From Bacilli bacterium (GTDB taxonomy: Bacteria > Bacillota_I > Bacilli_A > ML615J-28 > CAG-313): DNA of 64,000 bases. The translations under genes were made by a program, and so were the position numbers. The number at the start of each line of letters is the position of its first letter. Position 1 is the stretch's first letter. Below the pieces are notes generated by a model, which saw nothing but the letters and a program-made list of their open reading frames with translations, did not search any database and had not been told where the DNA came from. The stretch lies in contig JAFTPH010000052.1 of the NCBI GenBank assembly GCA_017463365.1, positions 3,276 to 67,275 on the forward strand, in the 5' to 3' direction. This document shows, piece by piece, positions 28,695-39,785 of this stretch.

Positions 28695-29633
28695 TTAATC
28701 ATCTTTCTTTTTATAATATTCATATACTTTCATTATTTCTCGCATACAATGACTAATCCCTGATTTTGACATTTCTTTACCTAAAACATTAGATGAAAAT
28801 TCACTAAGTTCTGCTAAACTTGAATCAGGATATTCTTTTCTTAAGTTGATTGCATCTTGCAATCTACTACTAAGTTTAGGAACAATATTGTGTTTTTCTA
28901 AAAATTCAATAGCCTCTTTTTGTCGATTACAATACTGCATAGAACGATTCCCGTTCGCAATATCACAGTTAATTGTTCGATTAACGTTATTGTAATAATC
29001 TCTTAAAATACGTAGATTTTCAAATTCAAATACCCCTTCACTAGCCCCAACATAGGCAAGAAACTTACTGATTTCTTCTGATTTTTTGATGTATAGTAAG
29101 TATTGATTCTTTTTATTTGTAATACTTGCATATACATCATTTTCTTTTAAAATGTTTAAAACAAGGGATGCTGTTTCAATTTTCTTAAACATTATCTCTA
29201 AATGATAATTACTTTTCTTGGGATCATTGATTGATCCTTTCGCGATAAAACATCCTCTAACAAAGGCATTTTTACAACATTCATTATCAAATAATTCATC
29301 AGTAACCATAAAACTATCAAGAGGTAATAAGTGGTAAGATGAAACTAGATTATTTATTTCTCCTTGATATTTTAAGTAATAATATTTTTGTTTTTTTAAT
29401 CCATTTTCTAAAGCGTAACTAAGTTCTCCTTCTAAACCATACTTACGTTTAATAAAAGGGATTACATGTCTAATAATACTATTGATTGGGCTCTTTAAAG
29501 TAATACTCATTCCTTTAAGCGATATCCCAACCTCAGCTAGAGAGTGGAATATTCCAGCTATTTGAGCTTCAGCACAACAAGGTAAATTATCTACCCCTAA
29601 TAGTTCTTTTTTTACTTCTCTAGCAAAAGACAT
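28695..29633 (-). CDS. whiA: DNA-binding protein WhiA
   Basis: 312 aa with a LAGLIDADG-like N-terminal domain and a C-terminal HTH. Starts MSFAREVKKEL…, characteristic of WhiA. Confidence 0.85.
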   Translation of the reverse strand: MSFAREVKKELLGVDNLPCCAEAQIAGIFHSLAEVGISLKGMSITLKSPINSIIRHVIPFIKRKYGLEGELSYALENGLKKQKYYYLKYQGEINNLVSSYHLLPLDSFMVTDELFDNECCKNAFVRGCFIAKGSINDPKKSNYHLEIMFKKIETASLVLNILKENDVYASITNKKNQYLLYIKKSEEISKFLAYVGASEGVFEFENLRILRDYYNNVNRTINCDIANGNRSMQYCNRQKEAIEFLEKHNIVPKLSSRLQDAINLRKEYPDSSLAELSEFSSNVLGKEMSKSGISHCMREIMKVYEYYKKKDD

Positions 29634-29641
29634 AACTCCTC

Positions 29642-30544
29642 CTATAATTTTTTAATAATTATATTTGTCGCACAAACCGCGTCCCCCACAGCGGTCGCAA
29701 TTTGTTTAACAGGATGATTAATACAATCTCCTACCCCATATAATCCTTCTACTTTTGTTTGATAGTTACCATCAACTTCAATAAATCCTGCTTCATTTAA
29801 AACATTAAGGTCTTTTAAGAAAGCAGTAGCAGGAAGATACCCAATATAGATAAATGCTCCATCGACTTTTAATTCACGCGTTTCTTCATTTGTTTTTAAG
29901 TTAACACTTTCTAAACGATTAGTCCCATTAAATGATGTAACAGTTGTATGCGGAATAAGTTCAATGTTAGGAGTATTTTTTACTTTTTCGACTAAAATGC
30001 TTTGTGCACGGTATTGATCAGTTCGATGAATTAAGGTTACTTTTTTACAAAGTTTAGCAAGATATAAACTTTCTTCAAACGCACTATTTCCTCCACCGAT
30101 TACAAGTACTTCTTTATTCTCATAAAGTTTCCCATCACAAATTGCACAATAACTAATTCCACGACTCATGAATTTCATTTCTCCTGGAACATTTAAAGTT
30201 CTGTTGATGGTTCCTGTAGCTGATAAAACAAATTTCGCAGTTAATTCTTCTGATGCAGTTTTAACAATGAAATAATCATCATTTTTTATTACTTCTAAAA
30301 CTTCAGTATAATATGTTGGAATTTTAAATTCTTTGATTTGTTGTAACATCACAAGAGCAAGATCAGCTCCCGTTGTTTTTAAAACTCCCGGATAATTTTC
30401 AACTACTGATGTCGTAATTACTTTACCACCTGGTGCACTTTTTTCAATTAAAGCAACATTTACTTTAGCTCTCCCAAAATAAAGAGCACTGCTAAGTCCC
30501 GCAGGACCAGCTCCAATTATTACGCAATCATACATTGGATTCAT
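29642..30544 (-). CDS. trxB: thioredoxin-disulfide reductase
   Basis: 300 aa with an FAD site GAGPAG, redox-active CAICDG, and an NAD(P) site GGGNSA. Confidence 0.85.
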   Translation of the reverse strand: MNPMYDCVIIGAGPAGLSSALYFGRAKVNVALIEKSAPGGKVITTSVVENYPGVLKTTGADLALVMLQQIKEFKIPTYYTEVLEVIKNDDYFIVKTASEELTAKFVLSATGTINRTLNVPGEMKFMSRGISYCAICDGKLYENKEVLVIGGGNSAFEESLYLAKLCKKVTLIHRTDQYRAQSILVEKVKNTPNIELIPHTTVTSFNGTNRLESVNLKTNEETRELKVDGAFIYIGYLPATAFLKDLNVLNEAGFIEVDGNYQTKVEGLYGVGDCINHPVKQIATAVGDAVCATNIIIKKL

Positions 30545-31670
30545 TTTTTTCTTCCTCTTTCTTTAATTTGTTTCTCAAATTCTTTTCTTCCATTTCTTTA
30601 AATGGATCTTTATTTTCATCTAACCATAAAGTACCATTTTCAAAGAAAACTTTCGCTGGTTCTAATTTATATTTAAATACACGTCTTAAAACTAACATTA
30701 AAACACCTAAGACAAAGAAAATAACAGAAGTTAATAAAGCAACTCTAATATTACCAATCATTAATGGATCGGTACGCATTGATTCAATTATAAAACGAAC
30801 AATACCATACCATGTTAAATAGAATCCTACCGCATCCCCAATGTAAATCTTCTTCCATTTGCGTCTAAGTACAAGGTAAGTTGCAGCTCCCACAAAGTTT
30901 AAGACACTTTCAAAATAGAATGTTGGGTAATAATATCCTGTAACTCTTGGAATTCCAAGGGAAGCATCTGGTGTTAAATACATATTATCAATTACAAAAT
31001 TAGGAACAAGTAAATGTCTTAATGTTAAACGTTGTTCTAATAATTGCTCTTCTGTTAATACTAAATCTTCATACCCATTAACAAGTGGTCCAAACGCTTC
31101 TTGATTAAAGAAATTCCCCCAACGTCCTACTGCTTGAGCAATCATAAAACATGGTAAAACAATTTCAATTAAATGTAACATTTTTAACTTTTTAACTTTA
31201 CAGAAGATAAAAAGGAAAATAATTGTTGCGTAAATACCACCATGAATCGCAAGACCTGATAACCCATTAGGTCCAAGGCCAATAATCTCTAAAAAAGCGT
31301 CCCACACATTACTTGGTAAATGATCATGTTCAAATAAAACATAATATAGTCTTGCCCCTAATACTCCACTAAATAATCCCCAAATTAAGCCCGTTAATAA
31401 ATTATCAGAGTCAAAACGAATATGTCTAAAGATTCGATAATATGCATATACGGCCACACTTACCGCCCCTGTTAAAATACATACCGCATACCATCTAACT
31501 TTAATCGTTTTTGTTATTTCTAAGAAATAGGGATCTAAGGCCTCAGGTACAATATGAGTTGCATCTTTTTTTGCGAATAAACTAGTAAATATATATATAA
31601 CTGCTAAACAAGCTAAAAGTATTAAACATGAATTTATAATTAGCTTTTTATTTTTTTTAATTTTATCCAT
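30528..31670 (-). CDS. lgt: prolipoprotein diacylglyceryl transferase with N- and C-terminal extensions
   Basis: Lgt signature GRWGNFFNQEAFG and a G-rich loop GLGPNGLSGLAIHGG. 380 aa versus about 270 typical. K/E-rich C-terminal tail. Confidence 0.8.
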   Translation of the reverse strand: MDKIKKNKKLIINSCLILLACLAVIYIFTSLFAKKDATHIVPEALDPYFLEITKTIKVRWYAVCILTGAVSVAVYAYYRIFRHIRFDSDNLLTGLIWGLFSGVLGARLYYVLFEHDHLPSNVWDAFLEIIGLGPNGLSGLAIHGGIYATIIFLFIFCKVKKLKMLHLIEIVLPCFMIAQAVGRWGNFFNQEAFGPLVNGYEDLVLTEEQLLEQRLTLRHLLVPNFVIDNMYLTPDASLGIPRVTGYYYPTFYFESVLNFVGAATYLVLRRKWKKIYIGDAVGFYLTWYGIVRFIIESMRTDPLMIGNIRVALLTSVIFFVLGVLMLVLRRVFKYKLEPAKVFFENGTLWLDENKDPFKEMEEKNLRNKLKKEEEKNESNV

Positions 31671-31679
31671 AATATACTC

Positions 31680-32231
31680 CTACTTCTTTTTCTTAAACAT
31701 TCTTTTTCTTACAATTTTTGATAAATAATTTGTTACAATTGTTTTAAATAACATAACAATAACTAAATAAACTAAAAATATACCAAAGTTTCTTACATCT
31801 AATCCAGGAATTAAATATGCAGGTATAATCGCAGATACAAAAGTTACAAGTAGCAACGCGAGTCCAAAAGTAGTTATCACCACAAATGGTAATTTTGAAT
31901 ACAATAAATCACGTACTAAAGTATCAATAACCGAAAAAATAAGACTAAAGATGATTAGCTTGTATAGAGAATCATATTCAAAAACATTAAACAATCCTTC
32001 ACATGCAATTGTGAGTATAAGAATGAAAACCACATAAAATAGCAAATTAACAAAAATATTAGGGAATAGACGATTGATAATCGCAATTTTCTTCACATTA
32101 TTACTTCCCGAACCAGCTAAGCTATCTAATAGTTTTTGAAGATCTTCCGGCGATTCAACTTTAGAATTTTTTAATTCATCTAACGTCTTTTTTTCTTCAA
32201 CTGGTTCTTTTTGTTTATTATCATCACTCAT
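31680..32231 (-). CDS. hypothetical membrane protein (4 TM, acidic N-terminus)
   Basis: 183 aa. Overlaps the upstream VanZ gene by 8 nt. Sits in the position of yvoD-like genes next to lgt. Confidence 0.45.
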   Translation of the reverse strand: MSDDNKQKEPVEEKKTLDELKNSKVESPEDLQKLLDSLAGSGSNNVKKIAIINRLFPNIFVNLLFYVVFILILTIACEGLFNVFEYDSLYKLIIFSLIFSVIDTLVRDLLYSKLPFVVITTFGLALLLVTFVSAIIPAYLIPGLDVRNFGIFLVYLVIVMLFKTIVTNYLSKIVRKRMFKKKK

Positions 32232-32790
32232 ATTTTTTCTCCTTTCTTGATATTACCAAAATACTTATTATTAAGCCAATACTATTTAGTAAAATATCTA
32301 CTAAATCCAGCACTCCCCTTTTAGTAATAAATTGTAGAATTTCTAAAACAATAATAATTAATAATCCACTTATTATGTTTATTAATTTATATTTCGATAT
32401 TTTATTTAAAATAAAACCTAAAGGCATAAATAAAACTAAATTACCGACAATATTAATGAACACTACTTTATTATTAAAAATATTTTTAAACCAATCTACT
32501 AGATAAAATTTACCAATATATTGGTATTCTAAATACTTTTCTCTAAAAAATAATGTTAAAACAATTAATACTAAATATGTAATAATTAATCCAATAAAAT
32601 TTGTTCTTTGATAATTAATTAAATTCTTCCCCATTAGTAAAATAAACGAAAACAATACAAACAAATATAAATATCGATTTACATTTGGTAAAAAAGTATA
32701 AAGCATTTTACTTATAAAAGGAATACTAGCAAATATTATCGTAATTATCCCGATGATAACTAGTTCTATTAAAAGATTTTTATATTTCAA
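32224..32790 (-). CDS. VanZ-family membrane protein
   Basis: 188 aa. C-terminal …IVLEILQFITKRGVLDLVDILLNSIGL… matches the VanZ E..Q…D..D…N..G motif. TTG start with an AAAGGTG RBS. Confidence 0.55.
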   Translation of the reverse strand: MKYKNLLIELVIIGIITIIFASIPFISKMLYTFLPNVNRYLYLFVLFSFILLMGKNLINYQRTNFIGLIITYLVLIVLTLFFREKYLEYQYIGKFYLVDWFKNIFNNKVVFINIVGNLVLFMPLGFILNKISKYKLINIISGLLIIIVLEILQFITKRGVLDLVDILLNSIGLIISILVISRKEKKYE

Positions 32791-32819
32791 TTATACCACA
32801 CCTTTTAAGTTTTCTTCCC

Positions 32820-35666
32820 TTATTCTAAAACTTTTTTCAAATATGCTCCCGTATACGATTCTTTAACCTTTACAATTTCTTCTGGAGTACCACTTGCTAC
32901 AACAGTTCCACCATTATCTCCTCCATCAGGTCCTAAATCGATAATATGGTCAGCAACCTTGATTACATCTAAATTATGTTCAATAACTACTACTGTAGCT
33001 TTTAAATCCACCATTGTTTGAATAATATGAATTAATTTTTTAATATCATCTGTATGCAAACCAGTTGTTGGTTCATCTAAGAAAATAATTGTATTTTCAG
33101 TAATCTTTTTATGAAGTTCAGAAGCAAGTTTAACACGTTGCGCTTCTCCTCCTGATAAAGTAGTAGCTGGTTGACCAAGTTTAACATATCCTAGTCCTAC
33201 ATCCAATAATGTTTTTAATTTAGGATAAATTGTAGGAATGTTTTCAAAGAAGTTAGTTGCTTCTTCAATTGTCATATCCAACACATCAGCAATACTTTTT
33301 TCTTTATATTTTACTTCTAAAGTTTCACGGTTATATCTTGTTCCATGACATGCCTCACACGGAATATAAACATCCGGTAAGAAATGCATACTAATTTTAA
33401 TTACCCCATCACCGGAACATTTTTCACAACGTCCACCTTTAACATTAAAACTAAATCGGCTTTTTGAATAACCACGTTTTTTGGCTTCTAATGTTTCAGC
33501 AAATAAATCACGGATATTATCAAATACTCCCGTATATGTTGCTGGATTACTACGAGGAGTTCTACCAATTGGTGATTGGTCAATTACAATTACTTTATCA
33601 ATATTTTCTAATCCCTCAATAGTATTATATTTACCTACTGGATTTTTACTACGATATAATTTACGTTGTAAACTAGCAGCTAAAATATCATTTACTAAAG
33701 TACTCTTTCCAGATCCTGATACCCCCGTTACAATTGACAAAGTACCTAAAGGAATTGTAACATCAATATTTTTTAAATTATTTTCTCTACATCCAGTTAC
33801 AGTCAAGAACTTACCAGTACCACTTCTACGATTTCTTGGCACTTCTATTTTCTTTCTTCCAGCTAAATAATCAGCTGTTAAAGTACGAGCGTTTTTAATA
33901 AAATATTCAGGTTCTGCGCATGCAACTAATTCTCCCCCATGAACTCCTGCTCCTGGACCAATATCAACAATATAATCACATTCACGCATAATTTCTTCAT
34001 CATGTTCAACAACAACTAAAGTATTCCCTAAATCACGCATTTCTTTTAAGGATTTAATTAACTTGTCATTATCTCTTTGATGTAAACCAATTGATGGTTC
34101 ATCTAAGACATATAATACCCCAGTAAGTTTTGAACCAATTTGAGTAGCGAGTCTAATACGTTGAGCTTCTCCTCCAGATAACGTTCCTGCTTTTCTTGAA
34201 AGTGTTAAGTATTCTAGTCCGACATTTTTTAAGAATAACAAACGTTCTTTGATTTCTTTTAAAATCATTTCTGCTATTTTTTCTTCAACCTTAGTAATAG
34301 TTAAACCATTAATAAAGTCTAGTGCTTCCATAATACTCATTTCCGTAAACTCATGAATATTCTTTCCACCTACTCTTACCGCAAGCACATAACTAGCTAG
34401 ACGCTTACCGCCACAATCAGGGCAAGTTTTATCATTCATGTATGAACCATAATACTCTCTTTGGAAGCTTGATGATGTTTCTTGATAACGTCTTAAAATT
34501 AAGTCCGCAACCCCTTCAATAATCTTATTCTTCACCATACTGATTCCTCCAGTACTATGAAGTTCATATCTAATTGGCTCTTTTGACCCATGCATAATAA
34601 TTTCTTTTTGTTCATCAGTTAAATCTTTGTATGGTTTAAATAAATCAATATGATAATACTCAAAAAGCTTTTTATACATTTGCCATTCAATATTTTCCGT
34701 AAAAATAGTATTTTTTAAATATCTAATCGCTCCATCAGCAATCGATAAATTTTCATCGGTTATTAATAAATCTGGATCAATTACCGAAATTGATCCAATC
34801 CCTTTACATGTTGGACATGCTCCAAGGGGTGAGTTAAACGAAAAGAGCGATGGTTCTAACTTTCCAACAGTAAATCCACATTCTGGACAACAATAATGTT
34901 CACTAAAGAAATGTTTTTCTCCGTTAATTTCAATATATAATTTACCATCAGATAGACTAGCTGCCGCCTCTACTGCCTCATATAATCTTGAACGATTTTC
35001 TACTCTTAATTTTAAACGATCAACAACTACTAAAATATTATGTTTTTTATTTTTTTCTAATTTAATCTCTTCATCAAGTTCAAGCATATCCCCATCTACT
35101 ACAACTTTTGAATATCCATCTTTTCTTAATGTTTCAAATGTTCCCTCAAATGTCCCTTTTCGTTCTTCAACGATCGGAGCAAGTACAATGATTGTACTAC
35201 CATCTTCATAAGTAAACACTTTATCAACCATTTCTTCATATGTTTGACTACTAATTTCAATGTGATGAGTTGGACATGTTGGGTGACCAATTCTCGCATA
35301 TAATAGACGTAAATAATCATAAATTTCTGTTACAGTTCCGACTGTTGAACGAGGATTTCTACTTGTTGTTTTTTGATCAATCGAAATAGCTGGTGATAAA
35401 CCTTCAATTGAATCTACATCAGGTTTATCAACATTCCCTAAAAACTGACGAGCATATGCTGATAAACTTTCAACATATCTACGTTGACCTTCTGCATAAA
35501 TCGTTTCAAAAGCCAGTGATGACTTACCAGAACCAGATACTCCCGTCATAACCGTCATTTTTCCACGAGGAATAACTACATCAATACTTTTTAAATTATT
35601 TTCGCGTGCTCCACGAACAATTATTAACTCATTTTTATTGCCTTTCGGAAATTTGATTTGTTCCAT
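32820..35666 (-). CDS. uvrA: excinuclease ABC subunit A
   Basis: 948 aa with two ABC NBDs (GVSGSGKSSLA… and GVSGSGKSTLV…), zinc-finger CxxC pairs and LSGGEAQR signatures. Confidence 0.95.
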   Translation of the reverse strand: MEQIKFPKGNKNELIIVRGARENNLKSIDVVIPRGKMTVMTGVSGSGKSSLAFETIYAEGQRRYVESLSAYARQFLGNVDKPDVDSIEGLSPAISIDQKTTSRNPRSTVGTVTEIYDYLRLLYARIGHPTCPTHHIEISSQTYEEMVDKVFTYEDGSTIIVLAPIVEERKGTFEGTFETLRKDGYSKVVVDGDMLELDEEIKLEKNKKHNILVVVDRLKLRVENRSRLYEAVEAAASLSDGKLYIEINGEKHFFSEHYCCPECGFTVGKLEPSLFSFNSPLGACPTCKGIGSISVIDPDLLITDENLSIADGAIRYLKNTIFTENIEWQMYKKLFEYYHIDLFKPYKDLTDEQKEIIMHGSKEPIRYELHSTGGISMVKNKIIEGVADLILRRYQETSSSFQREYYGSYMNDKTCPDCGGKRLASYVLAVRVGGKNIHEFTEMSIMEALDFINGLTITKVEEKIAEMILKEIKERLLFLKNVGLEYLTLSRKAGTLSGGEAQRIRLATQIGSKLTGVLYVLDEPSIGLHQRDNDKLIKSLKEMRDLGNTLVVVEHDEEIMRECDYIVDIGPGAGVHGGELVACAEPEYFIKNARTLTADYLAGRKKIEVPRNRRSGTGKFLTVTGCRENNLKNIDVTIPLGTLSIVTGVSGSGKSTLVNDILAASLQRKLYRSKNPVGKYNTIEGLENIDKVIVIDQSPIGRTPRSNPATYTGVFDNIRDLFAETLEAKKRGYSKSRFSFNVKGGRCEKCSGDGVIKISMHFLPDVYIPCEACHGTRYNRETLEVKYKEKSIADVLDMTIEEATNFFENIPTIYPKLKTLLDVGLGYVKLGQPATTLSGGEAQRVKLASELHKKITENTIIFLDEPTTGLHTDDIKKLIHIIQTMVDLKATVVVIEHNLDVIKVADHIIDLGPDGGDNGGTVVASGTPEEIVKVKESYTGAYLKKVLE

Positions 35667-35767
35667 AATAAATCACCTCTAATATCCTATTATACCATAA
35701 TTTAACATTTTATAAATTAAAATAGATTTATTTTTTACAGTATATAAATAAAAGGAGGTCTAACCTC

Positions 35768-36586
35768 CTATTTAATAGCCTCGTATGCTTTTTTAACCAA
35801 ATCATAATAATCTTGATAAGCCATAAAAGTAGCACTTGTTACTACATCTCCTACTTTCACAAAACCATCTTCCATACTAACACCATCAGTCATTTTCGTA
35901 CCAATTAAAGCATTAGTAAAATACTGAATATTTTTTGCCCAACCTGTTTCTCCTGTTGTCCAGTACAGACTATTACTCTTAAACAATGCTCCTTGTAAAT
36001 TTACATCCGTCGTCTCTACTCTTTTTCCATCTTTATCACAAACATAAGCATTACCTTTTAATATCTCTTCGATATACCATTTAGCATTTTCTTCTTTTAA
36101 TAAATGTTTATGTAAGTCAGCAATTTTTTCACTAGAATATTTAATTAACTGCTTGGTAGAAGTAACATCTTTTAACTCTTCATCAGTATAAGGAACCCCA
36201 GTAAAAACAGTATCTCCAATCTTAATGTATTTCGCATAACGCAATTCATTATTTGTCGTAAACGCTGATCCATCTTCTTTAGTTACTACATCCGTTAAAG
36301 TTCCAGCTTTTGTTTCTTGGGCCCATACAATAGGCATAAAAGCTTCATCAATATCAATATGAACAATTATGTCATTCGCCGTAATAACTCTTGCCATTCC
36401 CACATAATCTTTATACACAATACCATACGCAGTTGCCTCTTTAAAAGGGCTTGTTACCTCATCAATTACATCATCCAAATCATCTTTGATATCATCTTTT
36501 ACCTCATCACATGACGTTATTAAAAATAAACTTAATATTAGACCAATCAAAACAAATATTCGACCTTTTTTATTCATTTTTATCAT
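35768..36586 (-). CDS. putative lipoprotein, function unknown
   Basis: 272 aa with signal peptide plus lipobox …LILSLFLITSCDE. Confidence 0.5.
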   Translation of the reverse strand: MIKMNKKGRIFVLIGLILSLFLITSCDEVKDDIKDDLDDVIDEVTSPFKEATAYGIVYKDYVGMARVITANDIIVHIDIDEAFMPIVWAQETKAGTLTDVVTKEDGSAFTTNNELRYAKYIKIGDTVFTGVPYTDEELKDVTSTKQLIKYSSEKIADLHKHLLKEENAKWYIEEILKGNAYVCDKDGKRVETTDVNLQGALFKSNSLYWTTGETGWAKNIQYFTNALIGTKMTDGVSMEDGFVKVGDVVTSATFMAYQDYYDLVKKAYEAIK

Positions 36587-36659
36587 TTCTCCTTTTATAT
36601 TAATATTATTACCAAGTTAAAATTTGATATACAAAAAAACATTAGGAAAAACCTAATGT

Positions 36660-37472
36660 TTACTTTTCAAATAAATATAAATGAACAAATGCTTTTTTAT
36701 GTTGATTATAAATATCATTTAATTCTTCAAGAGAAATTAAATTATTTTCAAAAACATAACTTAAATCAAAAAACTCTCCATCTTTATATAATTTTAAAAC
36801 ATATCCAGGAGATGTAATAAATTTCAAATCATTAACTTTTTCAGTAGTTAACGATTCCCCTGTAAATAACTTACTATACATCACCACTACTTGATAATCA
36901 TTATATTTACCATAATAATTGCTGATGCTGTTTTTATAATAAACATCTTGAGGATCAGTAGATACATATTTTTCAACATACTTACTTGTTATTTGATGAG
37001 CACTTAAAGCTCCTAATTCTTTATCTGTATCAGCATATATTCCCGCATGATTAACAATAAAATGTTGTTGAATATTTTCAAAATATTTTTCATCAATCCA
37101 ATCTTTTTCCAAAGAACCTACTTTTTTACTAGAAAAATAATTATTAAAAGACATAACCTTATTTTGTTTTTTATCAAATAATACCATTTTTATATTTTTA
37201 TCTGAATAATCAAATATATATTGATTATAAACAACAACTGATTCACTAGTTGATGAAAAACTATAATTAGTATATCCAATAACTAAAACTTCATCATATT
37301 GTCCGTAAAAATATATTTTCGCATTTTTATTATCATCTGATAATACTTTTTCACGAACAATTTTTTCATTTTTTTCACTTAACGTATCAACATAACCTTG
37401 ATTTGTGTCACAACCAAAAAGGCTAAAAATCAAGACTAAAAATAGCGAAAAAATCAATCCTTTTTTAAACAT
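36660..37472 (-). CDS. putative lipoprotein, function unknown
   Basis: The Met at 37472 (MFKKGLIFSLFLVLIFSLFGCD) has an AAAGGAG RBS. The upstream GTG at 37499 is unlikely to be the start. Confidence 0.5.
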   Translation of the reverse strand: MFKKGLIFSLFLVLIFSLFGCDTNQGYVDTLSEKNEKIVREKVLSDDNKNAKIYFYGQYDEVLVIGYTNYSFSSTSESVVVYNQYIFDYSDKNIKMVLFDKKQNKVMSFNNYFSSKKVGSLEKDWIDEKYFENIQQHFIVNHAGIYADTDKELGALSAHQITSKYVEKYVSTDPQDVYYKNSISNYYGKYNDYQVVVMYSKLFTGESLTTEKVNDLKFITSPGYVLKLYKDGEFFDLSYVFENNLISLEELNDIYNQHKKAFVHLYLFEK

Positions 37473-37489
37473 TTCATTCTCCTTTAAAT

Positions 37490-38593
37490 CTATTCCCACT
37501 TACGATTACCTTTAAACCAATCGCTTTCTTTTAAAATAGTATTATTATTCGAGCAATTTACAGTTACCCCTTCAGCACTAGATAAAATTACAATATTACC
37601 ATTTAAAGAAGTATAACCTGCTTCACTATCATCAGCAACACTTGTTACATAGATTTGATCAGTGTAATGACATACTCTTGATACAAATGCTTGAGCAGGG
37701 AACATATTATCTGGATTTGAGGTATACTCATCACTTCCCGCACAACAACAAACACAAATAATTTTTGGTTTAATAACCTCAAGCAAAGCAGTTGAAGTTG
37801 CTGTATAAGAACCATGATGTCCGGCTTTAAAAACCTCTACTTCCGGTAAATCATTGTACTCAATAAGTTTTTCTTCCCCTTCTGCTTCCAAATCTCCCGT
37901 AAACAAGAAATGTTTACTACCTTGATTAATCATTAAGCATACTGAATAATCATTTTCATTACTAGTTTTATTTTCATAATAATAGTTATAAAGAATTTCT
38001 AATTCAATACCATCACTTAATTCATAAGTGCGTGAGGCTCCATTTTCATTATTATAACATTCTAAAGCTGTATAATGTGTAGCCCCTTCTTCGATTTCAG
38101 CATCACGTTTTAAAACATAATTTTGATAAACCTTACTTGTCGCATTAGTCATCGGAAAATCAATAATAACTTCACATTCAAATTGTTCAAAAATACCAGG
38201 AATACTAGATGTTCCCACAAAACCTGAAATGTGATCTTGATGGGCATGCGTAACAATAACATATTCTAAAGTATTATCTGTCATATACTCATTTAAATAC
38301 CCCGCAATATCATCAGCACTATTGCCTCTTGAACCAGCATCAATTAAAATATCAACATCTCCTGCTTTAATATACACCGAATCGCCAGTATATTTATTAC
38401 CTAATTCTAGAAAATGAATACTTAATTCTCCACTTACAACTTTTTCATGATCATCATCATGATTATCTTCTAAATATTCACTAATATATGGTTTCCCAAA
38501 ATAAGCAACTAATACAATTAATAAGAGTATTAATAAACTAAAAATTACTTTCCCAAGCGTTAATTTCGGTTGTTTCTTTTTTCTTCTTGCCAT
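37490..38593 (-). CDS. membrane-anchored MBL-fold metallo-hydrolase (ComEC C-terminal-like beta-lactamase domain)
   Basis: HAHQDHISG motif. N-terminal TM after MARRKKK. The ATG at 38593 has a GAGGAAAGG RBS. Confidence 0.65.
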   Translation of the reverse strand: MARRKKKQPKLTLGKVIFSLLILLLIVLVAYFGKPYISEYLEDNHDDDHEKVVSGELSIHFLELGNKYTGDSVYIKAGDVDILIDAGSRGNSADDIAGYLNEYMTDNTLEYVIVTHAHQDHISGFVGTSSIPGIFEQFECEVIIDFPMTNATSKVYQNYVLKRDAEIEEGATHYTALECYNNENGASRTYELSDGIELEILYNYYYENKTSNENDYSVCLMINQGSKHFLFTGDLEAEGEEKLIEYNDLPEVEVFKAGHHGSYTATSTALLEVIKPKIICVCCCAGSDEYTSNPDNMFPAQAFVSRVCHYTDQIYVTSVADDSEAGYTSLNGNIVILSSAEGVTVNCSNNNTILKESDWFKGNRKWE

Positions 38594-38597
38594 AATA

Positions 38598-39293
38598 TTA
38601 CCTTTCCTCAAATACATTAGTGGTTACAAAATCAACCCCACACTCTATTACTCTTTCTAATTCTTCAACTACATCAACAGTCCAACAATTAACAACTAAT
38701 CCATGGCTGTGAAATAAGTCTACAAGTTCTTTTGTTACAAAATCACTTCTAACATCTAAATCAATTTTATTTTGAAGACATATTTCGACATTTTTTTCAT
38801 TAAATAACATTCCTGCTAAAAATTGAACCTTAAAATCAGGATAAGTTTTTTTAATATATAAAACAATATCCATAGTATAACAAATAATTATACTTTTATC
38901 ATACATTTCCTCTTTTTTTAAGATATCAATAAGTTCATCAATTTTATCAATCGTAAATCCCCATTTAATATCAATTACCGGAACTTTATTATAATGTTTA
39001 CAAACCTTTATATATTCCAAAGGCGTTGTAATTTTATAATCATATGTATGATAAGTAGGTCGATTGTTCAAAACAACTCCTCTTGCTTCTGCAAGCGTTA
39101 AATCACGAATGTTACGATTGATCCCCGCAAGTCTATTTAAATCATCATCATGATAAATAATCATATTACCATCTTTTAATAAAGTGATATCTGATTCTAT
39201 TCCATAATATTTTCCACATCCAGCCACAATAAAACTTTCAACCGTATTTTCTAATTCTTTTTTAGGACATCCGCGATGAGCGATGAATCTCAT
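38598..39293 (-). CDS. glycerophosphodiester phosphodiesterase family protein
   Basis: 231 aa with HRG…E.D motifs (MRFIAHRGCPKKELENTVESF…ESDITLLKDG). Confidence 0.75.
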   Translation of the reverse strand: MRFIAHRGCPKKELENTVESFIVAGCGKYYGIESDITLLKDGNMIIYHDDDLNRLAGINRNIRDLTLAEARGVVLNNRPTYHTYDYKITTPLEYIKVCKHYNKVPVIDIKWGFTIDKIDELIDILKKEEMYDKSIIICYTMDIVLYIKKTYPDFKVQFLAGMLFNEKNVEICLQNKIDLDVRSDFVTKELVDLFHSHGLVVNCWTVDVVEELERVIECGVDFVTTNVFEER

Positions 39294-39411
39294 ATTATCA
39301 CCTTTCTTTGTTTAAATGTATATTAATATTATATCAAAAAATGCATTTTATTTATACTATTTTAATAGTATTTTTTAAATTAAAAAGGATTTACAAGCTA
39401 TTTGTAAATCC

Positions 39412-39756
39412 TTAAATTCTCAGTATCATAATATCTTCTATATCATTAATATTTACTACCGTATCAAAACCATTTTGCTTAATAACCAAATTGTCATTCT
39501 CTTTCTGAAATGGTATTCCTTCATAACTAGAAGATGATGTAACTATTTTACACACAACTGGTTTTGAGATATGATATAAATCTAAAATACTATCTAACTT
39601 ATCTAAATTTTCTTTGCTTATTTCTTTTGGTTCAGATAATATTTCTTCCTCTTTCTTTTTCGGTAAATCATACCTACTATCAAAAACAGTCTTACTTTTT
39701 GACGATACATTCACATGAGCACTCTCAATAAACATTAACGGATCTGAATTTAACAT
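39412..39756 (-). CDS. hypothetical protein
   Basis: 114 aa from the ATG at 39756, which has an AGGTGA RBS. A terminator hairpin (39385-39413) overlaps the stop. Confidence 0.4.
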   Translation of the reverse strand: MLNSDPLMFIESAHVNVSSKSKTVFDSRYDLPKKKEEEILSEPKEISKENLDKLDSILDLYHISKPVVCKIVTSSSSYEGIPFQKENDNLVIKQNGFDTVVNINDIEDIMILRI

Positions 39757-39785
39757 TTTAATCACCTATCAAATTATATGATAGA

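Noticed and set aside
35667-35767. Looked for a LexA/SOS box (CGAACnnnnGTTCG) upstream of uvrA
   Set aside because: No match in the intergenic region. Only a terminator hairpin for the downstream lipoprotein gene is present.
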